From contig CAYWXV010000001.1 of the NCBI GenBank assembly GCA_964462535.1, positions 354,175 to 418,174 on the forward strand: 64,000 nt of DNA. Reading direction: 5' to 3'. The position numbers were made by a program, and so were the translations under genes. Source of the DNA: an uncultured Alphaproteobacteria bacterium (lineage in GTDB: Bacteria; Bacteroidota; Ignavibacteria; OLB7). Of this stretch, positions 39,453 through 48,869 are shown in pieces. Each line of letters starts with the position of its first letter. Within the stretch, counting starts at the first letter, position 1. A model generated the notes under the pieces. That model made no database searches. It saw nothing but the letters and a program-made list of their open reading frames with translations, and was not told where the DNA came from.

Positions 39453-40394
39453 TTAGAAGATATCCACGTCGACCTTCGCCTTGATCCCATTTCGCTCGAT
39501 GTCCTGCAGAAGCGATCGCACTGCCTCGATTGTTGCCTGCAGTTCGTCCGCAGTCTTTCGGTCAAAGAGCAATCGTGACGCTGCCCCCTTTCCATTTCGC
39601 AGGTCCTCCACAACTCGGTCGATGTGCAGAATCAACGAGTCGGCCCCCCGCAGCGTTCCCCGCAATTGACGCGACGTCGCTTTCGCCTCCGCTCCAAGAG
39701 TATCGACGGTTGAGAGGGTTCGGTCAATTGAGGGACGAATCTCGCGAACGAGCGATCGTAGGTCGGAACTGAGGGCTGCCAGGTCTTGTATGGCCGACTG
39801 AATCTGTGGTCGATTCTGTTGGAGCAGGTCGCGAACGTCACGCGAGGCTGTTGCCAGATCACCCACTGCCGCCTCGATCTCCCCTTTCGCGCCACGATTG
39901 ATCAGCATGTCGGAGAGCGCGGCAACGACCGTGTCGACCCTGCGAACCAGGCGCGCGGCATCATCGCCCAGGGCCGCGGTACTTGAGAGCAACGCACCCA
40001 GATCCTCAACTCTCCCTGGAATTGTCCCGCCATCAGCAAGCTGACGCTTGGAGACCCCTGGGTCCACCTCTAGCGCCTTACCCCCTGTAAGTTCGAGCAT
40101 TCGGACAGTCGCCGTGGCGTCGTCGTACATGCGAATCGAGCTTGAGATAATCACGGTCAACAGGACGTGCTTCCGATCCACGGTTACCGCGACGACAGAA
40201 CCGACTCGCACACCTCGAATCGAAACGATTGTCCCGGCATCCACTCCCGCCGCATCAGGAAGCGAGACCTGATAACGATGGTTCTCTATGCCAAAACCGC
40301 AACCCTTCCCCCATACGATCCCGAGGACGATGGCCACGATGGCAACGAACGCGACTACCCCAACGCGAATGTCTTCTGTCGAACGTGCGGGCAT
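39453..40394 (-). CDS. MlaD/MCE domain protein
   Basis: N-terminal TM helix, MCE domain (YQVSLPDAAGVDAGTIVSIRGVRVGSVVAV), C-terminal coiled-coil. Confidence 0.75.
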   Translation of the reverse strand: MPARSTEDIRVGVVAFVAIVAIVLGIVWGKGCGFGIENHRYQVSLPDAAGVDAGTIVSIRGVRVGSVVAVTVDRKHVLLTVIISSSIRMYDDATATVRMLELTGGKALEVDPGVSKRQLADGGTIPGRVEDLGALLSSTAALGDDAARLVRRVDTVVAALSDMLINRGAKGEIEAAVGDLATASRDVRDLLQQNRPQIQSAIQDLAALSSDLRSLVREIRPSIDRTLSTVDTLGAEAKATSRQLRGTLRGADSLILHIDRVVEDLRNGKGAASRLLFDRKTADELQATIEAVRSLLQDIERNGIKAKVDVDIF

Positions 40395-40521
40395 GGTCTG
40401 GTTTACGGCGTGAGAGAAGTGAACGAAAGCGACGTCGCGGGCGGAAACGATCGACCCCGAGGAGCCTGCCCCCCGGGGTCGACATATCTAGCCAGACGCT
40501 GTCATCTTGATGATCAAGCTA

Positions 40522-40977
40522 TTAGAACGGAAGATCGTCGTCCTGCACGGCCGTCGCTCCGCCTGCCGTCGCGCCCGTGGAGTTTGACTCCGCATGCACT
40601 GGGGCACGGCCACCATCCTCGGCGCCTCCACCCCCGCCGCGACCTCCATCCAGGAAGCAGAAATCGGATATGTTGATCTCCGTAATGTATCTGGTCTGCC
40701 CTTCCTTGTCCTCGTACTTGCGGGACTGGATCCTCCCCTCCAGGTAGATCTGACGCCCCTTTTTTGTGTACTGGGCGATGATCTCCCCTACTTTACCCCA
40801 TGCGACGCAGTTGTGCCACTCAGAGCGCTCGACCATGTTGCCATCTCTGTCCTTGTAGCTTTCATCCGTAACGAGCTTGAACGAGCACACCGCCTGTCCG
40901 CTCTGCGTATAGCGGAGCTCAGGATCATTCGGCTGCACATGCCCGATCAGCATGACCTTGTTCAGTCCACGTGCCAT
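40522..40977 (-). CDS. ssb: single-stranded DNA-binding protein
   Basis: OB fold (VMLIGHVQPNDPELRYTQSG...), Gly-rich linker, acidic C-terminal tail DDDLPF. Confidence 0.95.
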   Translation of the reverse strand: MARGLNKVMLIGHVQPNDPELRYTQSGQAVCSFKLVTDESYKDRDGNMVERSEWHNCVAWGKVGEIIAQYTKKGRQIYLEGRIQSRKYEDKEGQTRYITEINISDFCFLDGGRGGGGGAEDGGRAPVHAESNSTGATAGGATAVQDDDLPF

Positions 40978-41045
40978 TGATACACCTCGCGTGAATAGAC
41001 TGAGTGGAAGTTGTGGTGAATTCGCCTCCCACCGGAGGCGCGCCC

Positions 41046-41074
41046 AATATAGCCCTTGATAAGGGGACCGACAA
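41046..41074 (-). promoter_or_regulatory. sigma70-like promoter candidate for ssb (-35 TTGTCG, 17 nt spacer, -10 TATATT)
   Basis: Read on the minus strand: TTGTCG, 17 nt, TATATT, lying 70-100 nt upstream of the ssb ATG. The -10 sits inside the 15-mer GGGCTATATTGGGC, which is also found upstream of the E1 gene. Confidence 0.4.
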
Positions 41075-41121
41075 GGGAGCGGGAGTAACGCTGCTGCCCG
41101 AAAAAAACATGTTGCACCCTG

Positions 41122-41349
41122 TCAAGGTGGAGGCGTATTTTTCAGCGTTTCCCGCAGATGCCCTGCCTCCATTCCCGTGACCACACCGCAACGCTTCAGA
41201 GCGTTGTACGTGGTCGTTGGCTTTCCCATAAGGACCCTGGGTCTCCGGAATCCCTCATCGTCATCGTAATCGTGCGGATCGAACGAGCGCGTAACCCACA
41301 ACACCCCAAGCTCGAAACGACCGGCGTTACATAACAGAAACAGCATCAA
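41122..41349 (-). CDS. small hypothetical protein (about 75 aa)
   Basis: The internal-Met part of ORF 41122..41472 (MLFLLCNAGRFELGVLWVTRSFDPHDYDDDEGFRRPRVLMGKPTTTYNALKRCG...). The upstream part of that ORF is antisense to the start of the 41349 gene. No family recognised. Confidence 0.25.
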   Translation of the reverse strand: MMLFLLCNAGRFELGVLWVTRSFDPHDYDDDEGFRRPRVLMGKPTTTYNALKRCGVVTGMEAGHLRETLKNTPPP

Positions 41350-42548
41350 TGAGCTCCAAAGCCGAAAAGTACGCCGGCAACATCGCGCAGTACATCGTGT
41401 TCCTCGCGGTACTTGCCGCTGGCGCCTATTTCTTCCAAACGGTCCCGATCCGCGGAGGATTCCACGTCGCAATCGTCAGCCTCTTCGCACCCGATGAGGT
41501 CAAGAACTCTGCGAAGGGTGAATCGGATTACATCCATACCGCCGAGTTCATTCTGGACATGTCATCGAAAGAGCGCACACCGGCCAACACGGAAGGGGCA
41601 GAAGGCGAGGGCTATACAAAGAGTGCGGGTGAGTGGATCATCAAGTCCGAGAAGCTCGGCGAGGAACCGATCCACATCAATCCGGAGCTCACGTTTGGCA
41701 TCGTGTCGATCTTCTTCGGGTTCATTATCGCGATCATTGTTACCGCCATGCTCCCAAGGCAATTGGGTTACGTGGCGAACAAGATTGAGCGCGAGATCGA
41801 CGCGACGATCAATCGAATCGACGAACAGACGGGCGACAAGATCTCACGCGAGGAGATTGAACGGATAACGTCGCCTGGATCGCGCGATGACCTGACCCCG
41901 ATCGAGAAGCAGTTTGGTCCGGTTATCGTCAACGAAATCGAAGACGTCCGACAGGCACGAGCATGGAAGCGGAACAGACTCCTTGTCACAAAGGGGCTGC
42001 GTCTGTACATGACTCGTCACTTCGCCGAGAAGTACTCGAACAACGTCCAGGGCTTCGCGTACGGCGGCGCCGCTATTCTGATCGTTGTTATCGGTATTCG
42101 TGGTCTGAAGTTCATTCCCCCCACGCAGCCATCGATCCTCCTCACGGCCATTACGCTCGAGTTTACAATGCTCCTCCTGCTGGCCGTGACTCTCTTCTAT
42201 ACAGAAGAAGAACAGCGCATGGACAAGCTGATTCGCAACCTGGAGGAGAGCTCGGAGGGTCAGAAATTCGAACTCATCAACCTTGTGCGGACGTCGCAGC
42301 AGCAACAGCGCGACATGGCCGCGATGGTCGACTACATTCAGCGACAGAGCGACAACCTCCAGCGCATGGCAGACGCCCTGACGGGCGCAAACCGTGAATA
42401 CATCATTCAGGTCGCTCAACGGGCGGTTGCCGAATACATCACGGCCGAAACGAGCCGCGAGATTACCGAGAAGGTAATTCGCGAGAAGATCGAAGGTGCC
42501 ATGAAGCAGATGTTTGGCGGTGACGCTCCGAAAGAGCTGAACACCTAG
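41349..42548 (+). CDS. hypothetical membrane protein with four TM helices and a C-terminal coiled-coil
   Basis: 399 aa. TM helices near aa 15, 120, 235 and 260. The last ~130 aa are predicted coiled-coil (heptad-like, Q/E/R-rich). Confidence 0.5.
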   Translation: MSSKAEKYAGNIAQYIVFLAVLAAGAYFFQTVPIRGGFHVAIVSLFAPDEVKNSAKGESDYIHTAEFILDMSSKERTPANTEGAEGEGYTKSAGEWIIKSEKLGEEPIHINPELTFGIVSIFFGFIIAIIVTAMLPRQLGYVANKIEREIDATINRIDEQTGDKISREEIERITSPGSRDDLTPIEKQFGPVIVNEIEDVRQARAWKRNRLLVTKGLRLYMTRHFAEKYSNNVQGFAYGGAAILIVVIGIRGLKFIPPTQPSILLTAITLEFTMLLLLAVTLFYTEEEQRMDKLIRNLEESSEGQKFELINLVRTSQQQQRDMAAMVDYIQRQSDNLQRMADALTGANREYIIQVAQRAVAEYITAETSREITEKVIREKIEGAMKQMFGGDAPKELNT

Positions 42549-42627
42549 AGAGTAACCAAGATCTCGTAACGAACAAGGGGAGTCCGCCATGCGGATTCCC
42601 CTTGTTGGTTTGCGCAGTGTTACGTGG

Positions 42628-43566
42628 TCAATGGAGGCCGCCGATCCACCGAGCAACCTGCGTTGCGTCACTGGCATCGACTCCCCGGACGAGTTCCGTA
42701 TCGTCCATCCCACGAATCCACGTGTACTGGCGCTTGGCGTACCGACGTGTTTCCTGCTTGCCAAGCTCGAGCAATCTGTCGAGAGTCAGACTCCCCTTCA
42801 GATAACCCAGAGCCTCTCGATATCCGACGCCCTGGAGTGCATGCGCCGCATCACCGAATATCTCCGCCAGACGTCGCGTCTCCTCGATCAACCCTTCGTC
42901 CACCATCCGTTCGAAGCGTCGGTTTATGGCCTCATACAGGAGAGGCCGCGGTGGCGCAAGAACCAGGATCCGTGCACGAAGCCTCGTGTTCCCCGAATCC
43001 GGGCTGCGAAATGATGAGAACGCGCGGCCGGTATGGTGGTAGCATGCCAGGGCCCTGACAACCCTCACCTTGTTTTCTGGATCGATGGATGAAGCGGACA
43101 CGGGATCACACTCGCTCAGTTCGCGAGCGATGACATCGAATCCCACTTCGTTTGCTCGCGCCCAGATCGCAGCCTCAACTGAAGGGTCACTCAGTGGTGC
43201 ATCCAGACCGTGGAAGAGCGCGCGTACGTAGAACCCCGTCCCCCCAACCAGGAACGGAATGGACCCGCGCGACACGATATCGTGAATGACGTCGTTCGCC
43301 AGAAGTGCGTATGCCCCGGCAGAATAGCGTTCGGTAGGTTTGATGATATCGATGCAGTGGTGACGTACGTGGTCCCGATCGGCCCGACTGGGCTTGGCCG
43401 TCCCGACGTCCATGCCTATGTATATCTGACGCGAATCCGCAGACACAATCTCGACGCGTCCAACCATACTGGCCACCTCGAGCGCAAGCCGACTCTTCCC
43501 CGACGCTGTTGGGCCGAAGAGAACCGGGACCTCGATCACTCTCCCCCTTCCTCCCCCCCGCTCCAC
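42628..43566 (-). CDS. miaA: tRNA dimethylallyltransferase
   Basis: P-loop GPTASGKS and the DSRQIYIGMDVGTAKP motif. Confidence 0.9.
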   Translation of the reverse strand: MERGGGRGRVIEVPVLFGPTASGKSRLALEVASMVGRVEIVSADSRQIYIGMDVGTAKPSRADRDHVRHHCIDIIKPTERYSAGAYALLANDVIHDIVSRGSIPFLVGGTGFYVRALFHGLDAPLSDPSVEAAIWARANEVGFDVIARELSECDPVSASSIDPENKVRVVRALACYHHTGRAFSSFRSPDSGNTRLRARILVLAPPRPLLYEAINRRFERMVDEGLIEETRRLAEIFGDAAHALQGVGYREALGYLKGSLTLDRLLELGKQETRRYAKRQYTWIRGMDDTELVRGVDASDATQVARWIGGLH

Positions 43567-44222
43567 CCGGTCCGACCGATCAATGGGACGAAGCGATACT
43601 CCCCGTAGTCAAACACGTCGTACTCACTACGATCGCCGTGACGCACCACAACCTCCATGCGCTGCGTGGTTCTGTCACCAATCGGAATGACCAGTCGACC
43701 ATCAGGTGCGAGTTGCTTCAACAGAACGGTCGGCACTTCCGGAGCGCCGGCGGTCACGATGATTCGATCATAAGGTGCATTGAGCGACCACCCGACAGAG
43801 CCGTCCCCATGAAGGAGTGAAACGTTGCATCCAAGATGTTCCAGCGTCGCCCGCGCCCTCTCGTGAAGCGCACGATGCCGCTCAATCGAATAGACTCTCA
43901 GCCCCATCAGCGATAGGACCGCCGCCTGGTATCCCGACCCAGTTCCTATTTCCAATACGCTCATTCCCGGTTCCGCCTCAAGCGCTTGTGACATCGAGGC
44001 CACCGTGTACGGCTGAGAAATTGTCTGGCCTGCACCGATCGGGAGGGCGGAGTCAGAGTAGGCACGCGTTCGAAACGTCGGCTCGACGAAGTCCTCTCGC
44101 GGAATCAGCGACATCGCCTGGAGTACTCGTTCATCGGTGATTCCCCGCGTGCGGAGGTCCTCTATCATTGACCGCCGCTCGGCCGACGACTGTGTACGTA
44201 CGAGATTCGGTGCGTTTGTCAT
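43536..44222 (-). CDS. pcm: protein-L-isoaspartate O-methyltransferase
   Basis: QTISQPYTVASM, the SAM motif VLEIGTGSGYQAAVL and the APYDRIIVTAGA motif. Confidence 0.9.
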   Translation of the reverse strand: MTNAPNLVRTQSSAERRSMIEDLRTRGITDERVLQAMSLIPREDFVEPTFRTRAYSDSALPIGAGQTISQPYTVASMSQALEAEPGMSVLEIGTGSGYQAAVLSLMGLRVYSIERHRALHERARATLEHLGCNVSLLHGDGSVGWSLNAPYDRIIVTAGAPEVPTVLLKQLAPDGRLVIPIGDRTTQRMEVVVRHGDRSEYDVFDYGEYRFVPLIGRTGWSGGEEGGE

Positions 44223-45118
44223 GTGTGATTCTCGTGTTTCGAGCTTCGTGGACCCCTCCTGAACCTCTTCCGGCCCCGTGCCCCATGGGCACCTTCGCCC
44301 CCTCGCCGCGTGACGATATCTGTGATGCGGTGAAACAGTTCGCTGCGTGAAGGAGTCTGCATCCCTCTCATTGCGTCGAGAAGTGCGAGGCGAATAGTAT
44401 CAAGCGTCTGATCAACGTGCAGCTCACCATCGAATGCATAGGAGGTTGTACCGCGTTCCTCACTGACGACGACTACGAATACGTCCGCTTGTTCTGCGAT
44501 GCCTAGGGCGGCCCGGTGTCTGGTCCCGAGAAGTCGGTCGCCGATACGCGTGGTTGCTGAGAGGGGGAGGACAACACGGGCCGAACGTACTTCCGTTCCC
44601 GTCACGACCACGGCACCGTCGTGCAGGGGTGATCGCGGGTTGAAGATCGAGACCAGCAATTCCTGAGAGAGGCGCGAATCCAGGGACATGCCCGTCTCGA
44701 AGCTGAAGCTGAGGTTGCTCGTTCGGGTGATGACGATTAGTGCACCGAATTTCCGAAGAGCGAGATCCTCGGCCGCACCGACAATTTCATCGACCATCAT
44801 GTTGAGGTCGTTCCGTCCAGAGGTCAGGGAACCTCCACGTCTACCTATCAAGAGCAGGATTCGCCTGAGCTCCGGTTGAAAGAGTACGACGAGGGCGATG
44901 ACCCAAATGTCGCTGACTATGCCGAGGACGCGGCTCAGCAGACGCATGTCCAGCGCCTGACTGACAAACGAAACCCCGAGAATCAAAAGGAGCCCGACAA
45001 AGATCTGACCGGCGATCGTTCCCTGCATCACCACGTAGAGCCGATACAGTATGAACGCCACGATGACGATGTCGACAATATCGACGATCCTGACCTTGAT
45101 GAAGAGGATGTCGAACAT
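44219..45118 (-). CDS. cdaA: diadenylate cyclase CdaA (membrane-anchored DAC domain)
   Basis: Three N-terminal TM helices. DAC-domain motifs HDGAVVV and TRHRAALG. Confidence 0.85.
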   Translation of the reverse strand: MFDILFIKVRIVDIVDIVIVAFILYRLYVVMQGTIAGQIFVGLLLILGVSFVSQALDMRLLSRVLGIVSDIWVIALVVLFQPELRRILLLIGRRGGSLTSGRNDLNMMVDEIVGAAEDLALRKFGALIVITRTSNLSFSFETGMSLDSRLSQELLVSIFNPRSPLHDGAVVVTGTEVRSARVVLPLSATTRIGDRLLGTRHRAALGIAEQADVFVVVVSEERGTTSYAFDGELHVDQTLDTIRLALLDAMRGMQTPSRSELFHRITDIVTRRGGEGAHGARGRKRFRRGPRSSKHENHT

Positions 45119-45126
45119 GTATCGCT

Positions 45127-46104
45127 CTACACGCCTCCCATTATACCGTGTTGTTCGTACGCGCGAATGATATCCTTGACCAACCGATGCCTTACGACGT
45201 CTGCTTTGTCGAAATAGACGAAGCCGATTCCTTCGATTCCCTGCAGGATCGACTCGGCTTGAACAAGCCCACTCTCGACATTCTTCGGAAGATCAATCTG
45301 CGTCAGGTCGCCGGTCACGATTGCACGACTGTTTGCGCCGAGCCGGGTCAGGAACATTTTCATTTGCATCGTTGTGGCGTTCTGCGCCTCGTCAAGGATG
45401 ACGTAGGCGTTGTTGAGCGTCCGACCGCGCATGTATGCGAGCGGAACAACCTCAATACCGCGCCGCTCCATCATCGCCTTGAGCTTGTCGGCCGGAATCA
45501 TCTCCTCAAGCGCATCATATAGGGGGCGAAGGTATGGATCGATCTTCTCCTTCAAGTCGCCTGGGAGGAACCCAAGACTTTCCCCTGCCTCTACGGCAGG
45601 GCGCGCCAACACGAGCTTCGTCACCTCGCGATTTCGGTAGGCAGCAACAGCCATGGCAACGGCGAGGTAGGTCTTGCCCGTCCCAGCAGGACCTATCGAG
45701 AAAACGATGTCGTTTTCGCGGACGATTCGATAGTACTCACGCTGCCGATCTGTGCGCGCTCTGACAACGGTATCGCGCGCAACGAGGATTACATCGTCCA
45801 GGTCCTCACCGTTTAGCGGTGCGTCTCCCCGGCTCCCCTGTACCAGATCTATCACGGCCTCAACATCCTTGGGAACCAGTGTTCCGTTCCGTTGCACCAG
45901 ATAGACCATCTCATTGATCACTTTCTCGATGACGGCCACCTCGGCTGGTTCGCCCCGAAGCGCGACAGTATCCCCTCGTACTGAAATGGCTGCATCGAAG
46001 CGCCCCTCGAGCACTGTAAGATTGGCGTCGTTGAAACCGACGAAGGCAAGTTGATCGACGCCGGAGAGTTTGATCTTCTTTTCTACGATTTCCATGAACT
46101 GCAA
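45127..46104 (-). CDS. phoH: PhoH family ATPase
   Basis: Walker A GPAGTGKTYLAVAMAV and the Walker B IVTGDLTQIDL region. Confidence 0.9.
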   Translation of the reverse strand: MQFMEIVEKKIKLSGVDQLAFVGFNDANLTVLEGRFDAAISVRGDTVALRGEPAEVAVIEKVINEMVYLVQRNGTLVPKDVEAVIDLVQGSRGDAPLNGEDLDDVILVARDTVVRARTDRQREYYRIVRENDIVFSIGPAGTGKTYLAVAMAVAAYRNREVTKLVLARPAVEAGESLGFLPGDLKEKIDPYLRPLYDALEEMIPADKLKAMMERRGIEVVPLAYMRGRTLNNAYVILDEAQNATTMQMKMFLTRLGANSRAIVTGDLTQIDLPKNVESGLVQAESILQGIEGIGFVYFDKADVVRHRLVKDIIRAYEQHGIMGGV

Positions 46105-46140
46105 AGATAGTATACCGACGGCGGGGCGGGCGGAAAAGCC

Positions 46141-46180
46141 AGGAAAAGAAAAAGAGCCTTCCGACTTTCGCGGAAGGCTC
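46141..46180 (-). terminator. rho-independent terminator downstream of the LysM protein gene
   Basis: 10-bp perfect stem (gagccttccg / cggaaggctc) with a 7-nt loop, followed on the minus strand by TTTTTCTTTTCC. Confidence 0.65.
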
Positions 46181-46220
46181 TTCGACGTATACGTTTCAAC
46201 GAGACCCGCTACGAACAGGG

Positions 46221-47045
46221 TTAGCGGTTTCCGCTACCTGCATCACGCTGATCAACCTGCTGTGAACGCTCCACGGCGATGCGGGTTCCCATCTTCTTGC
46301 GCCGATAGTAGAGACGCTCGGCACGAAGCTCCTCGTCCGTCTTCGGACCCGCCGGCGGGATATTCAACACCTGACCAGGATAGATGAGATCGGGATTTCG
46401 AATCTTGTCGGTGTTTGCCTGCCAGATCTTTGGCCACATGAACGGATCGTTGTAGATCTGCTCCTTGCCGGCGATGTTCCAGAGGCAGTCCCGATCCTCC
46501 TTCCATGTCCCAACCGTATAGGTATTGGTCCGTGCCCGGCCGCGGATGTCGTTGATCTCCTTCTGGATCGCGATGATCTTGTTGTAAAACTCTGGCAACA
46601 GGGCCAGCTTCTCGCGGCGCATGGCCGTAAGCGAGTCCTCCAAGGTCTGGAGTTCGCCCAGGTAGGCGCCAATCTGGTTGTCGCTCATGCGGCCAATCTC
46701 ACGAACGCGCGATTCGATGCGCCCCAGGCGCTCGCGGAATCGCTGAGCGTCAGCCTCGGTAGCTCCCAGCATGGCGTAGATCTCATCACGGCATTTCTTG
46801 GTGTCCGCCTTGATCTGCTCCATCTGCTGATTCATCGCGGCGACTTCCTTTCCGGCCGCGTCAAGCTCGGTCTGCAGCGCCTTTACCTTGGCCTCCCATT
46901 CGGCGATGCGAAGGTCGGCCTCACTCTTTGTAAGATCTTCGTCCCTCTTATTTGGGTCGGGTGGCTGCGCGATGGCAGATCCGACAGCAAGGAGGAAGAC
47001 GAGGGTCAGAATGGATATCTTCATGATTGGATGCTCCTCATTCAT
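46221..47045 (-). CDS. secreted coiled-coil protein with C-terminal LysM-like domain
   Basis: Signal peptide, long coiled-coil (EADLRIAEWEAKVKALQTELDAAGKE...), C-terminal LysM-like segment (DLIYPGQVLNIPP). Confidence 0.55.
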   Translation of the reverse strand: MNEEHPIMKISILTLVFLLAVGSAIAQPPDPNKRDEDLTKSEADLRIAEWEAKVKALQTELDAAGKEVAAMNQQMEQIKADTKKCRDEIYAMLGATEADAQRFRERLGRIESRVREIGRMSDNQIGAYLGELQTLEDSLTAMRREKLALLPEFYNKIIAIQKEINDIRGRARTNTYTVGTWKEDRDCLWNIAGKEQIYNDPFMWPKIWQANTDKIRNPDLIYPGQVLNIPPAGPKTDEELRAERLYYRRKKMGTRIAVERSQQVDQRDAGSGNR

Positions 47046-47065
47046 TGTTCAACAGTCTTCCTCGA

Positions 47066-47395
47066 TTAACGACGGGGCTTGCTCTCGGTGGGAGCTGCTG
47101 CCGGCGGAACGTACTTCCAATCTGGCCACACGTCCGGCCATTGCGCCAGCTTGCTCTGGACGAACGCTCTATCCTTGGAGCATTGATCCAGATCCGCCCG
47201 AAGCCTGTTGATTTCACCCTGCAGTCGAGATTTCTCGTCCTGCTTCGATTTGATTTGCTGCCGAAGCGTTGACTCCTCCTGCCTCAACTGGCGAAGACGG
47301 GCAAGCTGCTCATCAGTAATCTTGCTAGAGCAACCGGCCAGAGCTACGCCGGCGATCACGCCGATCATCGCCACGAACCGCATTGATCCTTTCAT
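47066..47395 (-). CDS. coiled-coil lipoprotein
   Basis: Lipobox VALAGC after MKGSMRFVAMIGVIAG (start trimmed to 47395). Short coiled-coil region followed by a Pro-rich tail. Confidence 0.5.
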   Translation of the reverse strand: MKGSMRFVAMIGVIAGVALAGCSSKITDEQLARLRQLRQEESTLRQQIKSKQDEKSRLQGEINRLRADLDQCSKDRAFVQSKLAQWPDVWPDWKYVPPAAAPTESKPRR

Positions 47396-47616
47396 GAATC
47401 TCTCCTCCTCTGTTGGGATCGTTTTCAACGGGAGATGGTTACTGTACGCCTTGTTCTCCTGTACGAACTGCGCGAAGATACACCGGGCACTCGAACTTTC
47501 TCAAAGAATTAGCAGGAAACAGAACATTTCATCCACCCGTCGGAGGGACAAACGGCAGGGAGCATTCGAAGGTTAGTCGAGGTGTGGCAGGAAGGACATG
47601 TCGAAGCCAGTCATTG

Positions 47617-48846
47617 CTATTCGTAACGGAGTGCCTCGATTGGGTCAAGTTGCGCCGCGCGCCATGCCGGATAGAGGCCGAATACAAGCCCGATAGCCGT
47701 ACACACGAGGAACGATATCACAACCCAGTTCCACGGGATCTGTGGATCGACGTTCATCATTGACGAAAGTCCCGCCCCGGCACCAACCCCAATGCCGATG
47801 CCAACGATAGCACCTAGCTGACTGAGCGTAAGCGCCTCGACAACGAACTGGTACATGATGTGAACGCGAGTCGCCCCCAGCGCCTTTCTCACACCAATCT
47901 CCCTCGTCCTCTCCTTGACACTCACCAGCATGATATTCATGATACCTACACCGGCGGCAAGCAGGGCGATCATACCACAACCGAGCCCGAAATACCCTGC
48001 ATATGAAGTCAATGCACCAAACGTCTCCGCGATTGATTCGTTTGTCTCCACCTCGAAATTATCCGGTATTCCGACGTCCAATCGGCGAAGCGTGCGCATT
48101 TCGACAACGGCCCTGCTCATCGTTTCGTCCGCAAGATCGGCGCGCTCCGGGCGGATAGTGATTGAGACGGACGACGACCAATCGTCGAAGAAGTACTTCG
48201 TTGCGCTCGTGATGGGAATCAGGAGAAAGTTATCCTGGCTTCCAGCCATGGACGCACCCTTCGACCCAAAACGACCAATAATGTGATACCGGTGTCCCTC
48301 AATCGATATAGAGCGCCCCACGGCCGCTCCGTTTCGAAATAGTCGCGTTGCAAGGTCACTTCCGATCACGGCAACGTCAGCCGCACTCTGAACGTCCGCG
48401 TCCGAGAGGCTTCGTCCCTCAGCGAGCGTGAAGTCCCTAAGGGACGTCCATCCCTCGTCAGCACCGATGACGCTTACGTTCGGGTCGGTCGTGATGTCGT
48501 CGTATCGAACTACTTTTCCTGGCGCATCTCGACGTATCGAGACGAGGGCCATGCCACCCATTCTCTTCTTGAGATCGAGACCCTGACGGAGCGTTATGTC
48601 AGGTCGGTTCCGGTACCGGCGCCACCCGTGCCCCATTTGCACCGACGGTGTTCGATTAATCGAAAACGTCGTCGACCCCAACGATTCAAGCTGTCCGGCA
48701 AGCGTTTGCTGCAGCGCGAGGGCGACCATTGCAACACCCACGATTGCAAAAACGCCAATGGAAATTGAGAGGAGCGTCAGTCCCGTCCGAAGCTTGTTCG
48801 AACTTATTGACGACAGCGCCATCTGTATGGGTTCCGTCAGCTTCAA
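47617..48846 (-). CDS. ABC transporter permease, FtsX/MacB family
   Basis: 409 aa. N-terminal TM helix, large periplasmic domain, C-terminal FtsX 3-TM bundle. Confidence 0.85.
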   Translation of the reverse strand: MKLTEPIQMALSSISSNKLRTGLTLLSISIGVFAIVGVAMVALALQQTLAGQLESLGSTTFSINRTPSVQMGHGWRRYRNRPDITLRQGLDLKKRMGGMALVSIRRDAPGKVVRYDDITTDPNVSVIGADEGWTSLRDFTLAEGRSLSDADVQSAADVAVIGSDLATRLFRNGAAVGRSISIEGHRYHIIGRFGSKGASMAGSQDNFLLIPITSATKYFFDDWSSSVSITIRPERADLADETMSRAVVEMRTLRRLDVGIPDNFEVETNESIAETFGALTSYAGYFGLGCGMIALLAAGVGIMNIMLVSVKERTREIGVRKALGATRVHIMYQFVVEALTLSQLGAIVGIGIGVGAGAGLSSMMNVDPQIPWNWVVISFLVCTAIGLVFGLYPAWRAAQLDPIEALRYE

Positions 48847-48869
48847 CGTTGTTTGTTTGAATACTTCAT

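Noticed and set aside
40453-40480. 7-bp hairpin (gaccccg...cggggtc) between ssb and mlaD
   Set aside because: No U-tract follows on the relevant strand, so it is at best a weak terminator.
41844-42764. 306-aa minus-strand ORF overlapping the 41349..42548 gene and the miaA end
   Set aside because: Low-complexity, R/L-rich antisense artefact. The plus-strand frame has TM helices and a coiled-coil.
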